A model generated the notes under the pieces. The model was given only the letters and a program-made list of their open reading frames with translations. It searched no databases and had not been told where the DNA came from. Below, piece after piece: positions 1 through 9,907 of a stretch of DNA of 63,921 nucleotides. The stretch comes from a virus. Lineage: Duplodnaviria > Caudoviricetes. The stretch lies in IMG/VR virus record IMGVR_UViG_3300045806_000080, positions 1 to 63,921 of that record; one strand, written 5' to 3'. How positions within the stretch are numbered: the stretch's first letter is position 1; the number at the start of each line of letters is the position of its first letter. Made by a program: the position numbers and the translations under genes.

Positions 1-247
1 CGACTGGCTGCTGTGGGGCCACGGCGCGAACTTCGACAACGCCCTGCTGCAAACCGCCTACGAGGTGTGCGGCATCCCGGTGCCGTGGACCTACAAGCAG
101 GACCGCTGCTTCAGGACGCTGAAGTCGCTGTTCCCCGGTCACGAGCCGGCGTTCGACGGCATGGCTCACGACGCTCTGGCTGACGCGGTCCACCAGGCCC
201 GCTGGCTCCAGAACATCGCCCGGTCGATCTCCGACACGGTGCTGTGA
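1..247 (+). CDS. DEDDh 3'-5' exonuclease (Rv2179c/exoVIII-like), C-terminal part
   Basis: Frame from nt 2 reads LWGHGANFD...RCFRT...HDALADA; N-terminal part is at 63705-63921. Confidence 0.85.
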   Translation, partial: DWLLWGHGANFDNALLQTAYEVCGIPVPWTYKQDRCFRTLKSLFPGHEPAFDGMAHDALADAVHQARWLQNIARSISDTVL

Positions 248-972
248 TGAGACCGAAGCCCTGGTCGCACTCCGCGCTGGAGTGCCACGACAACTGCGCG
301 TGGTGCTACCACGAGAAGTACGTGGCCAAGAACCTGCCGCCGGAGGAAAAGTCCGACGAGCAGAACTGGGGGCTCTACGTTCACAAGCAGTTCGAGACCT
401 ACCTGTGTACGGCCCCGTCCGGCGTGGGCAACATGGCCGCCGGCAAGTCCGGCTACGAGCTGCCGGTCGACCTCCGCATCCACGAGCCCTTCCTTGGGGG
501 GCTCCTGAAGAAGGACGGGCTCCTCTGGGCCGAGCGTCAGGTGGCGCTGAGCCGCCAGCCCTTCGGCCCCTGCGCCTACTTCGGCAATGACGTCTGGTGG
601 CGCGGCGTGCTCGACGTAACCATCGTCGAGGCCGAGGAAGGCCGGGCGACCATCGTCGACCACAAGACCGGCAAGCCCCACAACAAGTGGGAGCAGCTCG
701 CGATGAGCGCGGTCTACACGTTCGTCGAGAACCCTGCGGTCAACCTCGTCAATGCCCAGTTCTACTGGACCGTCGATCAGACCGTCACCAAGAAGGTCTG
801 GGGCCGCGGCGAGATGGACGCGCTGGTCGGCATGTTCCTGCCGAGGCTCCAGGCATACGTCCATAGCTGGAAGAACGACGCCTGGCCAAAGAAGCAGTCC
901 GGCCTGTGCGCCGGCTGGTGTCCTGTAACGTCCTGCCAGTTCTGGACCGAGAAACGCCCGAGGCGGCGGTGA
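244..972 (+). CDS. PD-(D/E)XK / Cas4-like exonuclease
   Basis: WSHSALECHDNC; RGVLD...IVDHKTGK; C-terminal LCAGWCPVTSC. Confidence 0.85.
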   Translation: MMRPKPWSHSALECHDNCAWCYHEKYVAKNLPPEEKSDEQNWGLYVHKQFETYLCTAPSGVGNMAAGKSGYELPVDLRIHEPFLGGLLKKDGLLWAERQVALSRQPFGPCAYFGNDVWWRGVLDVTIVEAEEGRATIVDHKTGKPHNKWEQLAMSAVYTFVENPAVNLVNAQFYWTVDQTVTKKVWGRGEMDALVGMFLPRLQAYVHSWKNDAWPKKQSGLCAGWCPVTSCQFWTEKRPRRR

Positions 973-1295
973 GCTTCAGTGCGACGCGAGAGGTCAAGGC
1001 CGTGCGCAGAGCGCGGCCCTGCCAACACTGCCTCCTGACGATCGAGAAGGGCGAGCCGGCGCTAGTCGTCTCCGGGGTACACGAAGGCCACTTCTACTCG
1101 GATACGATGCACCACAGGTGCGAGGCCGCGGGCGCGGAATACTTCGACATCGTTTGCGGTTGCGGGGATGAGTACGTCTGGCTCCACGAGCTGGAGAACG
1201 AGGACCTGGAGTGGCTCCAGGTCGATCACTGGATAGCGATTGGCTACGTGAGGCGAGCCCGAGAGTTCGCCCGGATGAGAAGGGATGCAAGATGA
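969..1295 (+). CDS. Hypothetical Zn-binding protein
   Basis: GTG start overlaps upstream stop; CxxC...HxxC. Confidence 0.6.
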   Translation: MSFSATREVKAVRRARPCQHCLLTIEKGEPALVVSGVHEGHFYSDTMHHRCEAAGAEYFDIVCGCGDEYVWLHELENEDLEWLQVDHWIAIGYVRRAREFARMRRDAR

Positions 1296-1693
1296 GCCCG
1301 ATGCCCAAGAAGAAACACCTCGAAGGCGACACCAAGGCCGAGGTCAAGAAGGTCCTCGACGAATTCGGCTACTTCTGGTGGATGCCGCCGGCCAACAGCT
1401 TCGGCAAGTCCGGCGCGAGCGACTTCCACGCCATCAAGGCCGGGGTGTTCCTCACGATCGAGACGAAGCTCGACGCCAAGCTCACCGAGAACCAGCGCGC
1501 GTTCTGCAACTCGATCCGGGCCGAGGACGGCTTCGGCTTCGTGGTCCGCGGCAACGACGGCGTCATGTGGCTGCGCCGGTTCCTGGAGAGCTTCCAGAAC
1601 GCCACCAAGGCCACGGCCAACAAACTGACCCCGACTGCTGAGGACGGGGCCGACATGCTCAACGCCATAGCGGCGCTCACAGTGGAGCTTTGA
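1292..1693 (+). CDS. VRR-NUC / Holliday-junction resolvase-like nuclease
   Basis: GKSGASDF...IETK...LTENQ motif. Confidence 0.8.
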   Translation: MSPMPKKKHLEGDTKAEVKKVLDEFGYFWWMPPANSFGKSGASDFHAIKAGVFLTIETKLDAKLTENQRAFCNSIRAEDGFGFVVRGNDGVMWLRRFLESFQNATKATANKLTPTAEDGADMLNAIAALTVEL

Positions 1694-1694
1694 G

Positions 1695-1841
1695 ATGCTC
1701 ACCATGCACGACGCGACCATCGCACTCGCCACGCTCGGCTTCGCCGGTGTCTTCCTCGGCGCGTGGATTTGGGTCTGGGACAAGTTCTCCGACATCCCCA
1801 CAGAGTTCCGCGACGACACCCACGACTTCTGGGGGCTGTGA
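1695..1841 (+). CDS. Small membrane protein
   Basis: 48-codon ORF with one hydrophobic segment, coupled to its neighbours. Confidence 0.45.
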   Translation: MLTMHDATIALATLGFAGVFLGAWIWVWDKFSDIPTEFRDDTHDFWGL

Positions 1842-2077
1842 TGGACAACGACGACCTGTTCCACGTCATCGACGACGCACACACGGTGCTGCGCCGCAAG
1901 GGCATCTTCCGGCAGGCCAAGCTCTACCGCCGCGCCGGCAAGGTCTACGCCGGCCTCGGCGCTGGCTTCGTCCGGCTCATGACCAACGGCGGCACCTCGC
2001 ACCCGGACACGCTCTGGGAAGGCGCGCTGCCGGCGCGAGCCTCGGACCAGCGATCCTACATCGCGTGGAATGGATGA
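1841..2077 (+). CDS. Hypothetical protein
   Basis: TGATG-coupled ORF with phage-like codon usage. Confidence 0.65.
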   Translation: MDNDDLFHVIDDAHTVLRRKGIFRQAKLYRRAGKVYAGLGAGFVRLMTNGGTSHPDTLWEGALPARASDQRSYIAWNG

Positions 2078-2715
2078 CGATGCGTGACCAGACGATACTC
2101 AACGCGAAGCGTCAAGCGAAGGTGTGCCGAGGGTGTTGGGAGCTGAAGCCGTTCTCGGAGTTCAACAGCTCCAAGAGATGCGCGAACGGCCTCCGCCCTC
2201 GGTGCAAACCGTGCGAGGCAGCCTCCGCCAAGGACTACGCGAAGCGTGACCCTGAACGCTACGCCGAGGTTTCACGGCTTAGGTCCCAGAACTACCGGCG
2301 CAACCACCTAGAAAAGACGAAAGAGAAGTCGCGTGCGTACTTCCGGGGGCTGACAACCGAGCAGCTTCGCCGGCACCGCCTTAAGGCGAAGTACAAGATG
2401 ACGCCCGAGCAGTGGGACGCAATGTTCCTCTCGCAGGGATCAGTATGCGCGATCTGCGGGACAGACACTCCTGGGAGTTCGCACGGGTGGCACACGGACC
2501 ACGATCACGCGACGAAGCGGGTTCGGGGGATACTGTGCACACGGTGTAATCATCTCCTGGGAAACGCGTTGGATAGCCCACGAGTGCTGTCCAACGCCAT
2601 CATGTACCTGGACACTCGGGGAGGCCGCGATGTACGTCCACACACCGAGCCAGTCGTTACTACTCAAAGTGCGCGACCCGCTCTACGTCAGAGAGCTGAT
2701 CCCAGGGGCCAGTAG
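2074..2715 (+). CDS. Endonuclease VII-family (homing-type) nuclease
   Basis: CAIC...DHDHAT..VRGILC..CN..LG motif; N-terminal CxxC pairs. Confidence 0.85.
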   Translation: MTMRDQTILNAKRQAKVCRGCWELKPFSEFNSSKRCANGLRPRCKPCEAASAKDYAKRDPERYAEVSRLRSQNYRRNHLEKTKEKSRAYFRGLTTEQLRRHRLKAKYKMTPEQWDAMFLSQGSVCAICGTDTPGSSHGWHTDHDHATKRVRGILCTRCNHLLGNALDSPRVLSNAIMYLDTRGGRDVRPHTEPVVTTQSARPALRQRADPRGQ

Positions 2716-4234
2716 GACGATCAGCCTCCCGGACGGGCACAACATCCAAATCAAGTGGAGTATCGACACTGCGAAGTTGTTACGGAACATCGGCATCTCC
2801 GCGCCGTCGCCGATCACCAGCTTCTACAACTGGCCCGGCATGTACCGTCCGCTCGATCATCAGGTCGACATGGCGGGGTTCATGACCCTCCACGATCGCT
2901 GCTTCAACCTCAGCGAGATGGGCACGGGCAAGACCTACGCCTGCCTCTGGGCGATCGACTACCTGATGAACATCGGTGCGCTCAAGCGGGCGCTGATCAT
3001 GTGCCCGCTCTCCAGCATGAAGGCGACCTGGAGCGGCGACATCTTCAAGGTGCTGCCACACCGCACCTGCGCGGTCCTCCACGGCTCCGTCGAGCGGCGG
3101 CTCAAGGCGCTCAGCCTGCCGCACGACATCTACATCATCAACCATGACGGGATCGACATCGAGAAGGTGGCCAAGGAGCTGCGCAAGCGCAGCGACATCG
3201 GCCTGATCGTGGTGGACGAGGCGGACGTCCTGATCAACGCCCAGACCGACGTCTACCGCTTCCTCAAGTGGATCGCTGAGCGCAAGCAGCGCCTGTGGCT
3301 GATGACCGGCTCGCCGACGCCGAACGCTCCGACCGACGCCTGGGCCTTGAGCAAGATGGTCAGCCCCGAGCTGAGCCCCCAGTTCTTCGGTCGCTTCCGC
3401 GACGAGACGATGTACAAGGCGTCGGAGCACAGATGGGTGCCGAAGCTCGGGGCGACGGCGCGGGCGTTCGAGATCATGCAGCCGGCGATCCGGTTCAAGA
3501 AGCGGGAGTGCATCTCGCTGCCGCCGCTGATCGGCCCGCGCGACGTCACCACAACACTCTCCAAGGAGCAGAAGGATGCCTTGAAGCAGATGCGCGACGA
3601 GATGACCATGTTCGCCAAGACGTCGCAGATCACCGCGGTGAATGGGGCGGACAAGATCACCAAGCTACGTCAAATCCTCGCAGGCTCCGTCAAGGACCCG
3701 GTTACAGGGGAGTACCACTTACTCGACTGCCACGAGCGAGTGCGCGACCTGCGCCGTGTGATGGCCCGGTCCGCCTCGAAAGTTCTTGTAATCGCGCCGT
3801 TTAAGGGTATAGTTCGGCACCTCTCCGAGGAGCTGCCGAAGGACGACAAGGCGGCAGGATTACGCGGTGTCAGTGTTCTCATGATGAACGGCGACGTGTC
3901 GCCGGCCAAGCGCCCAGACATCATCGCGCGGTTCAAGGAGGACCCCGACGTCAAGGGCATGATCTGCCACCCGCAGGTCATGTCGCACGGCCTCAACCTC
4001 AGCGAGGCTGACATCACGGTGTTCTTCGCTCCGATCTACTCCAACCGGCAGTACAGCCAAGTGATCGAGCGGTTCAACCGGATGGGGCAGAAGCACACCA
4101 TGTATCTCCTGCGCATGCTCGCGCACCCGATCGAGGCTTCGATCTACAGGGTTGTGGACGAGCGCGGCACGATGCAGAACAACATCCTGGAACTCTACAA
4201 GGAGTTCATCAGCGGAAAGGACGAGGAACTATAA
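2630..4234 (+). CDS. SNF2-like SF2 helicase
   Basis: EMGTGKT, VVDEAD, MTGSP, HGLNL, QVIERFNRMGQ motifs. Confidence 0.92.
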   Translation: MYVHTPSQSLLLKVRDPLYVRELIPGASRTISLPDGHNIQIKWSIDTAKLLRNIGISAPSPITSFYNWPGMYRPLDHQVDMAGFMTLHDRCFNLSEMGTGKTYACLWAIDYLMNIGALKRALIMCPLSSMKATWSGDIFKVLPHRTCAVLHGSVERRLKALSLPHDIYIINHDGIDIEKVAKELRKRSDIGLIVVDEADVLINAQTDVYRFLKWIAERKQRLWLMTGSPTPNAPTDAWALSKMVSPELSPQFFGRFRDETMYKASEHRWVPKLGATARAFEIMQPAIRFKKRECISLPPLIGPRDVTTTLSKEQKDALKQMRDEMTMFAKTSQITAVNGADKITKLRQILAGSVKDPVTGEYHLLDCHERVRDLRRVMARSASKVLVIAPFKGIVRHLSEELPKDDKAAGLRGVSVLMMNGDVSPAKRPDIIARFKEDPDVKGMICHPQVMSHGLNLSEADITVFFAPIYSNRQYSQVIERFNRMGQKHTMYLLRMLAHPIEASIYRVVDERGTMQNNILELYKEFISGKDEEL

Positions 4235-4671
4235 TGGCCGAGATGGTCGACATGGAGAAACTCGCGCGAGTGTGGCGCAAGATGGAGGACAAGCGGGACG
4301 AGTTGAAGCACGCCTGGGAGGCGGCAGACAAGGTGATCGAGGACCAGCAGAAGATCGTGGGCACGGCGCTCCTGTCCGCGATGAACGGCATCAAGGGAAA
4401 CAAACTGACGACGGCTGCCGGCGTCATCGAGAAGCAGCAGAAAACCCGCGTCAGTGGCGCGGACTGGAGCGCGATCTACCGCTTCGTCGCCGACAACGAC
4501 GCGTGGGAGATGCTGCACAAGCGGATCAGTTCCACGTTCGTGGAGAAGTACGCGGAGACCCACCAAGACGCCGAGGGCGCACCGATCTTGCCTCCAGGCG
4601 TCAACGTGTTCCGCTACTTCGAGGTGACGGTGAAGAAACCCGGAGCGAAGTCGCTCCCAAAAGACGAGTGA
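4234..4671 (+). CDS. Conserved phage replication-region protein (coiled coil)
   Basis: ORF between helicase and SSB-like gene; DW..IY.F...LPPGV pattern. Confidence 0.6.
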   Translation: MAEMVDMEKLARVWRKMEDKRDELKHAWEAADKVIEDQQKIVGTALLSAMNGIKGNKLTTAAGVIEKQQKTRVSGADWSAIYRFVADNDAWEMLHKRISSTFVEKYAETHQDAEGAPILPPGVNVFRYFEVTVKKPGAKSLPKDE

Positions 4672-4678
4672 GGATCAA

Positions 4679-5962
4679 ATGGCCAACGAAGTCGCTACCC
4701 AGAAGGCTGCAAACGGTTTGTCGTTCGCGGTGCCCGCACACCTCCAGTCCGCCATGGCGCAAGCCGGTCACGGCAACATCGTCGAGAAGGCAAGCGTTCC
4801 GTCGCTGACATATGGCGGCAAGGTCTGGACGATCTCGACCGGCGGCGAGAAGAAGGTCCTCCAGCGGAAGAACGAAGACGGCGAAATGGAGAACGTGCAA
4901 ATTCTCCGGGTCGTCGTGCTCGACTACGCCAAGCAGCGCGGTCGCGCCCTCTACGAAGGTGCCTACGACGACGCCAATCCGCGGCAGCCCGAGTGCTGGA
5001 GCGAGGATGGCAAGAAGCCGCATGTGGCGGTCGAGGCTCCTCAGTGCAGCTCGTGCGAGGTGTGCCCCAAGGCAGCCAAGGGCTCCAAGGTCGTGGACGG
5101 TCGCGAGATGATCGCCTGCGCCCAGCACCGCATGCTCGCGGTGGTGCCGGCGGCGAACCTCGACTTCGAGCCCCTGCGGCTCAAGATCGCGGTGACGTCC
5201 GACTGGGACAAGTCCGACGAGGAGAGCATGGCCAACGGCTGGTACGGCTTCTCGAACTACGTCGACTTCCTCCGCGCCAACGGCTGCGCCTGGAGCAACG
5301 CGCTGGTCACCCGGATGCGGTTCGCCAACACTAAGTACCCCAAGGTGCAGTTCGCCCGCGGCGACTTCCTGGACGCCGACGACTTCCAGAAGACGCTGGC
5401 GATCGGCCAGGGCGAGGGCGTGAAGAAGCTGCTCTCCGCCTGGACGCCGGCCGGCGCGGACGGCAAGCCCGCGACCAAGGGCAAGGCGTTGCCGGTGGAC
5501 GACGAGACGCCAGCAGCCGACCCGGTGTTCTCGAAGACCGGGGCCGACGCACAGGCGGCGCAGGCCGAGGAAGCCGCGAAGGCCAAGGCGAGGGCTGTGA
5601 TCATAGCGGCTGGAGAGGCCGCCAAGCAGAAGGCGCAGGAAGCTGCCCAGGAGGCGGAAGCCCAGGCCGAGGCCGCCAAGGTCGCCAAGAAGGCCGCCAA
5701 GGTCGCCGCCGCCAAGGCTGCCGCCGAGGCCGCTGCGGCTGCCGCCGCTGCCGCCATCAAGGCTGCGGAGGAAGACGAGGACGACGGGGCGTCCGGGTTC
5801 GATGAGCCCGCCGCGCCGCCCACCGCGCCTGTCAAGGCCCCCGCCGCTCTCGACGCCGCGCCGCCGAAGAAGGCCGCCAAGAAGGAGCCGCCGGCCGCGC
5901 CGGCCTCAGCCCCCGCCGAAGTCCCCCCTGCCCTCACCGGCATCCTCGGCGAGTGGGAATGA
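4679..5962 (+). CDS. Putative ssDNA-binding/annealing protein with Ala/Lys/Pro-rich tail
   Basis: PECWSEDG...CSSCEVCP...AC Zn motif; low-complexity tail ending GEWE; replication-module position. Confidence 0.6.
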   Translation: MANEVATQKAANGLSFAVPAHLQSAMAQAGHGNIVEKASVPSLTYGGKVWTISTGGEKKVLQRKNEDGEMENVQILRVVVLDYAKQRGRALYEGAYDDANPRQPECWSEDGKKPHVAVEAPQCSSCEVCPKAAKGSKVVDGREMIACAQHRMLAVVPAANLDFEPLRLKIAVTSDWDKSDEESMANGWYGFSNYVDFLRANGCAWSNALVTRMRFANTKYPKVQFARGDFLDADDFQKTLAIGQGEGVKKLLSAWTPAGADGKPATKGKALPVDDETPAADPVFSKTGADAQAAQAEEAAKAKARAVIIAAGEAAKQKAQEAAQEAEAQAEAAKVAKKAAKVAAAKAAAEAAAAAAAAAIKAAEEDEDDGASGFDEPAAPPTAPVKAPAALDAAPPKKAAKKEPPAAPASAPAEVPPALTGILGEWE

Positions 5963-6064
5963 CGCACGAATAGGGCTTGTGTCCCTAGCGTGTCAGTGTA
6001 CTGTGGCCTCGCAGAAATGCGGGGCCATTTCTTTCTCGACATAGCGAAACCAAGGAGGCCCACC

Positions 6065-6454
6065 GTGGCCGACGCTATCTTCCCCCACGCGCTTTACGAC
6101 CAGATCATCGAGCAGACAATCGGCGAGATCAGGAAGCTCGGTACACTGAAGGGCGGCGAATACGCGGGTGACGTCGACCGGCTCGCGAACTTTCGGCGCA
6201 ACGGCAAGCAACTGGATTTGCCCATGGAGACCGTCTGGGCCGTGTACTACAACAAGCACCACGACAGTGTGATGCAGTACATCCAGGACCTGAAGAACGC
6301 CAAGCAGCGCACCCGCCTCGAAGGGATCGAGGGACGCGTGGACGACATGCTGACATATCTCATGCTGTTCAAGTGCATACTGCGCGAGCGCGCCGAAAAC
6401 ACGGACCTGCGCGGCTTGCCGCCCGGCACCCAGTCCTCCGACTACCCAGGCTGA
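6065..6454 (+). CDS. DUF1599/Nmad1-like MazG-fold (all-alpha NTP pyrophosphatase-like) protein
   Basis: KGGEY...DRLANF...KH...DDMLTY pattern; GGAGG RBS. Confidence 0.55.
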   Translation: MADAIFPHALYDQIIEQTIGEIRKLGTLKGGEYAGDVDRLANFRRNGKQLDLPMETVWAVYYNKHHDSVMQYIQDLKNAKQRTRLEGIEGRVDDMLTYLMLFKCILRERAENTDLRGLPPGTQSSDYPG

Positions 6455-6464
6455 GCCCCCGCTC

Positions 6465-9404
6465 ATGGACACTCGTGCCTTCCTGGAGGCCGTGTGGCCG
6501 GCGCAAGGCACCTACTGTCTGGCCACGCCGTACACGCCCCCCAACGCCGCGCCGACCTACGCGCACACCATCGTCCACTCGATCGCCGAAGCTGTGCGCG
6601 CGATCGAGCTGAACCGCTCCAAGGTCAACCTGTTCTTCTGCGTCCACACACTCGCCTCCGACAAGGTCTGGAACCCCAATAAGCTGGACCCCCGGACCAA
6701 GAAGCCGGGCGCGTTCGAGAAGCGCACCCACGCCAACATGAAGGAGGCTCGCTGCTTCTTCTTCGACCTGGATGTCGGGGAGAGCACAGCCACCTGCCCG
6801 AAATACCCGACCCGCCAGGAGGCGCTCGATGGACTTGATCAGTTTCTGTTCCGCACCCGACTACCTGACCCGCTGGTTACGTCGTCCGGTGGCGGATACC
6901 ATGTCTACTGGAGACTGTCGCAAGCTCTTGGCTCCCCGGAGTGGCGCGGTTACGCCACCGCCCTCCACGCTGTCGCGAGACGTGAGGGACTTCGTGCGGA
7001 CCCAGCTCGAACTAACGACCAAGCGTCGGTCCTGCGCGTTGTCGGCACATCCAACCTCAAGCCCGGTCGTGAACCGCGCCCGTGCGTCGCGATACAGGAA
7101 GGCGTTGAGACAAGCACGGGATCGTTCCTGGGCCAACTACGCGAACTCGTCGGGGTAGACATCCAGCCGGCCGTCGCCCACCAGCCGCAGCAGGGCAACC
7201 TGGCCCAGGGCTGGGACGGCCCGAGCGCCACGCTCGACGAGCTGAAGGGTCTCTGCGAGCACGTCAGAGACTACTGCGACCGGCCAGTCGGCGAGCGCGG
7301 AGAGCCCATCCTCTACCACATCGGCTGCGGCCTCATCCCGCTCCTTGAGGATGGCGATGACTGGTTCCACGAGCTGGCCAGCCGGCACCCAGATTACGGT
7401 GACCCCGACAAGACGGCGGCCAAGCTCGACCAGTACATCGCCGTGACCGGGGGCATCCCGCCCAACTGCGCGACGCTCGACGCCAAGTGCGGCGGCGACA
7501 ACTGCGCCCGCTGCCAGAACGCCAAGCTCGGCAAGAACCCCCTGCTGATCGCCTCCGCGCTGCGCAAGAAGACCGCGCTGCCCCCGCCGACCCTGAGCCT
7601 GGCGCTCGCCAGCACGCAGCCGGTGGCGATCGTCGCTCCGCCGTTCCCGTACCGCCGCACGGCTGAGGGCATCTTCATGACGAAGGTGTCCAAGGACAAG
7701 GACGGCAACGAGGTCAGCGAGGACATCCGGGTCCTGCCCTACGACTGCTTCCCGTTCGAGGACTGCCGGCGCACCGACCTGGAGCGCGCTTTCACGCTCT
7801 GGGCGTTCGAGGTCCCGCACGAGGGACAGGTCGTCGTCAAGATCAGCAGCGCCTCGATGCAGGACGTCCGCGCCCTGCACGCGCAACTCTACGACTACGG
7901 CATCAAATGCAACCGCTTCGAGGTGGAGAAGCTCTCCATGTTCATGAACCACTACGGCAGGACCTTGCAGGAGAAGCTAGCCGCCAGCCGCCAGTACGAC
8001 CACCTCGGCTGGGCGGACGCGAAACACACCGAGTTCATCATGCCGAACGTGCTGCTCAAGACGGATGGCACGACGAAGCCCTGCGTGATGAGCGCCGCCG
8101 TCCGCGACGTCTCGGCCCACATCCACACCGCCGGAACGATGGCTGATCAGATCGAGGCCCTGCGCTTCTACGCCGACGACAAATACTTCCGTCATCAGTT
8201 CGTCGTCCTCTGCGCGCTGGCGGCTCCCGCCTTCCACGCGACCGACTTCTTCGGCTGCGTCGTCAACGCGGCAGGAGAGAGCGGCGGCGGGAAGTCATCG
8301 GCTGTGTTCACCGGAGCCGGCTTGTGGGGCAGCCCCCGCGACTACACCGTGAACGGCGCGGGGCGGCTCGGTGCCTCGTTGCTCGGCCAACAGCAGAAGG
8401 TGTTCACCCTCGCCAACCTGCCCTACTGCATCGACGAGATCACCAACACCGACGACGACAAGATCAGGGACTTCTGCCTTGCCTCCTCGCAGGCGACCGA
8501 GCCCGACAAGCTGAAGAACGACGGCACGCCGCGGCCGAAGCGCGAGACGTTCAAGTCGACGATCTACCTCGCCTCGTCCAACAAGAGCTTCCACAATCTC
8601 CTCGGACAGGGTGCGGAGATGGGCGGGGCCAGCGCCATGCGGGTGTTCGAGCTGTGGTTCGAGAAGTTCGTCGACGGCGCGGCGGAGGCCAAGGCGCAGC
8701 AACACGCCATCCTGCACAACTACGGATGGGTCGGGCCGGCAGCGCTAGAGCGCTACATCAAGCACCGTGACTACATTGACGGCTGCATCCGGCAGGTGAT
8801 GACCAAGATCGACGCGAAGTACGCGCTGACCGGCCCTGAGCGGTTCTGGTCGGCGGTGATGGCGGCCGTCCTCGTCTACGGTGAGTTCGCCGCCTCGTTC
8901 GGCCTCGTCCCCTACGACATCGCCCGCCTGCGCGAGTGGCTGCTCAACGTGCAGCTTCCCGCCATGCGTGGCGCGATCAAGCTGGCCGCCTCGTCGCAGA
9001 CCCCGGCCGATCTGCTCGGCGCGTTCATGAACGACAACCAGGCCAAGATCATCCTGACCAACAGCGACGTCGTGCAGCAGACCCAGTTCTCGGTCACGGA
9101 CCCGAGGGGCGAGCTGGTCGGCGAGTACGACCGGGCGATGTCGCTCATCTACATCCGCCGTGACGTCTTCAGGAAGTGGCTAACCGACCGCAAGCAGAAC
9201 GCGGTCAAGGTCATCTGCGACCTGCGCGCCTCCGGTGGCGTCTCCAACGTCGAAGTTCAGCGCGTGCTCGGCGAGGGCACGCTCTACGCCCGCCTGAAAG
9301 TGTCCTGCCTCGTGGTGGACATGACCAAGGTCTCCGTGCCCTGCGTGCTTGGCGCGGCCCCGGCATCCAACGTAATCCCCCTGCGCAAAGGAGTGAAAGC
9401 ATGA
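6465..9404 (+). CDS. Primase-helicase (AEP-like primase + DUF927 + P-loop)
   Basis: FFDLD and SSGGGYHVYW primase motifs; GESGGGKS Walker A; CIDE Walker B. Confidence 0.88.
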   Translation: MDTRAFLEAVWPAQGTYCLATPYTPPNAAPTYAHTIVHSIAEAVRAIELNRSKVNLFFCVHTLASDKVWNPNKLDPRTKKPGAFEKRTHANMKEARCFFFDLDVGESTATCPKYPTRQEALDGLDQFLFRTRLPDPLVTSSGGGYHVYWRLSQALGSPEWRGYATALHAVARREGLRADPARTNDQASVLRVVGTSNLKPGREPRPCVAIQEGVETSTGSFLGQLRELVGVDIQPAVAHQPQQGNLAQGWDGPSATLDELKGLCEHVRDYCDRPVGERGEPILYHIGCGLIPLLEDGDDWFHELASRHPDYGDPDKTAAKLDQYIAVTGGIPPNCATLDAKCGGDNCARCQNAKLGKNPLLIASALRKKTALPPPTLSLALASTQPVAIVAPPFPYRRTAEGIFMTKVSKDKDGNEVSEDIRVLPYDCFPFEDCRRTDLERAFTLWAFEVPHEGQVVVKISSASMQDVRALHAQLYDYGIKCNRFEVEKLSMFMNHYGRTLQEKLAASRQYDHLGWADAKHTEFIMPNVLLKTDGTTKPCVMSAAVRDVSAHIHTAGTMADQIEALRFYADDKYFRHQFVVLCALAAPAFHATDFFGCVVNAAGESGGGKSSAVFTGAGLWGSPRDYTVNGAGRLGASLLGQQQKVFTLANLPYCIDEITNTDDDKIRDFCLASSQATEPDKLKNDGTPRPKRETFKSTIYLASSNKSFHNLLGQGAEMGGASAMRVFELWFEKFVDGAAEAKAQQHAILHNYGWVGPAALERYIKHRDYIDGCIRQVMTKIDAKYALTGPERFWSAVMAAVLVYGEFAASFGLVPYDIARLREWLLNVQLPAMRGAIKLAASSQTPADLLGAFMNDNQAKIILTNSDVVQQTQFSVTDPRGELVGEYDRAMSLIYIRRDVFRKWLTDRKQNAVKVICDLRASGGVSNVEVQRVLGEGTLYARLKVSCLVVDMTKVSVPCVLGAAPASNVIPLRKGVKA

Positions 9405-9904
9405 CGCGTATTCTAGTCTGCGGCGTCGCCGACGAGGACCCCATCTTCGTTCACAACAAGCTCTGTGAGGTCAACCGGATTTACGGCCCGGTGACCTGCG
9501 TCATCCACAACAACCACGTCCAGGCGCTCGCGTGGCAGCAGTGGGTCTCTCGTAGGCAGCCGCAGACGCGTCACCTGCCGGTGAACGAGGACTGCGTCCA
9601 CGACGGCGTCGCGGCCGGCGAGCGGTGCCGCAATCGGATGTTCGCAGCGAGGCCGGACTACGTCGTCATGTTCCGGGCGAACGACAGCGACGACGGCGGC
9701 GTCGCCAAGAAGACGTCGCACATCGTCTCCCGCGCCGAGCGCGCCGGCATCCCCGTGCTGGTCTACGACCTGTACCCGCGCCGGCACATCCGGGCGGCGA
9801 CGATCGCTCGCGACGATCTGGACACCCGGCTGACCGTGGACGAGTTCGTGGCCGAGAAGAAGCGCGGCAGGAAATCTTCCCAGCCCATCCAGTACGCGGC
9901 CTGA
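9401..9904 (+). CDS. Degenerate SLOG (YspA/DUF2493-like) protein
   Basis: RILVCG...VIH...G.AAG..RN.M...PDYVVMF...A..AGIPV scaffold. Confidence 0.6.
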   Translation: MTRILVCGVADEDPIFVHNKLCEVNRIYGPVTCVIHNNHVQALAWQQWVSRRQPQTRHLPVNEDCVHDGVAAGERCRNRMFAARPDYVVMFRANDSDDGGVAKKTSHIVSRAERAGIPVLVYDLYPRRHIRAATIARDDLDTRLTVDEFVAEKKRGRKSSQPIQYAA

Positions 9905-9907
9905 GCC

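Noticed and set aside
244-972. Cas4 of a CRISPR system
   Set aside because: Stand-alone phage exonuclease in a replication module; no array
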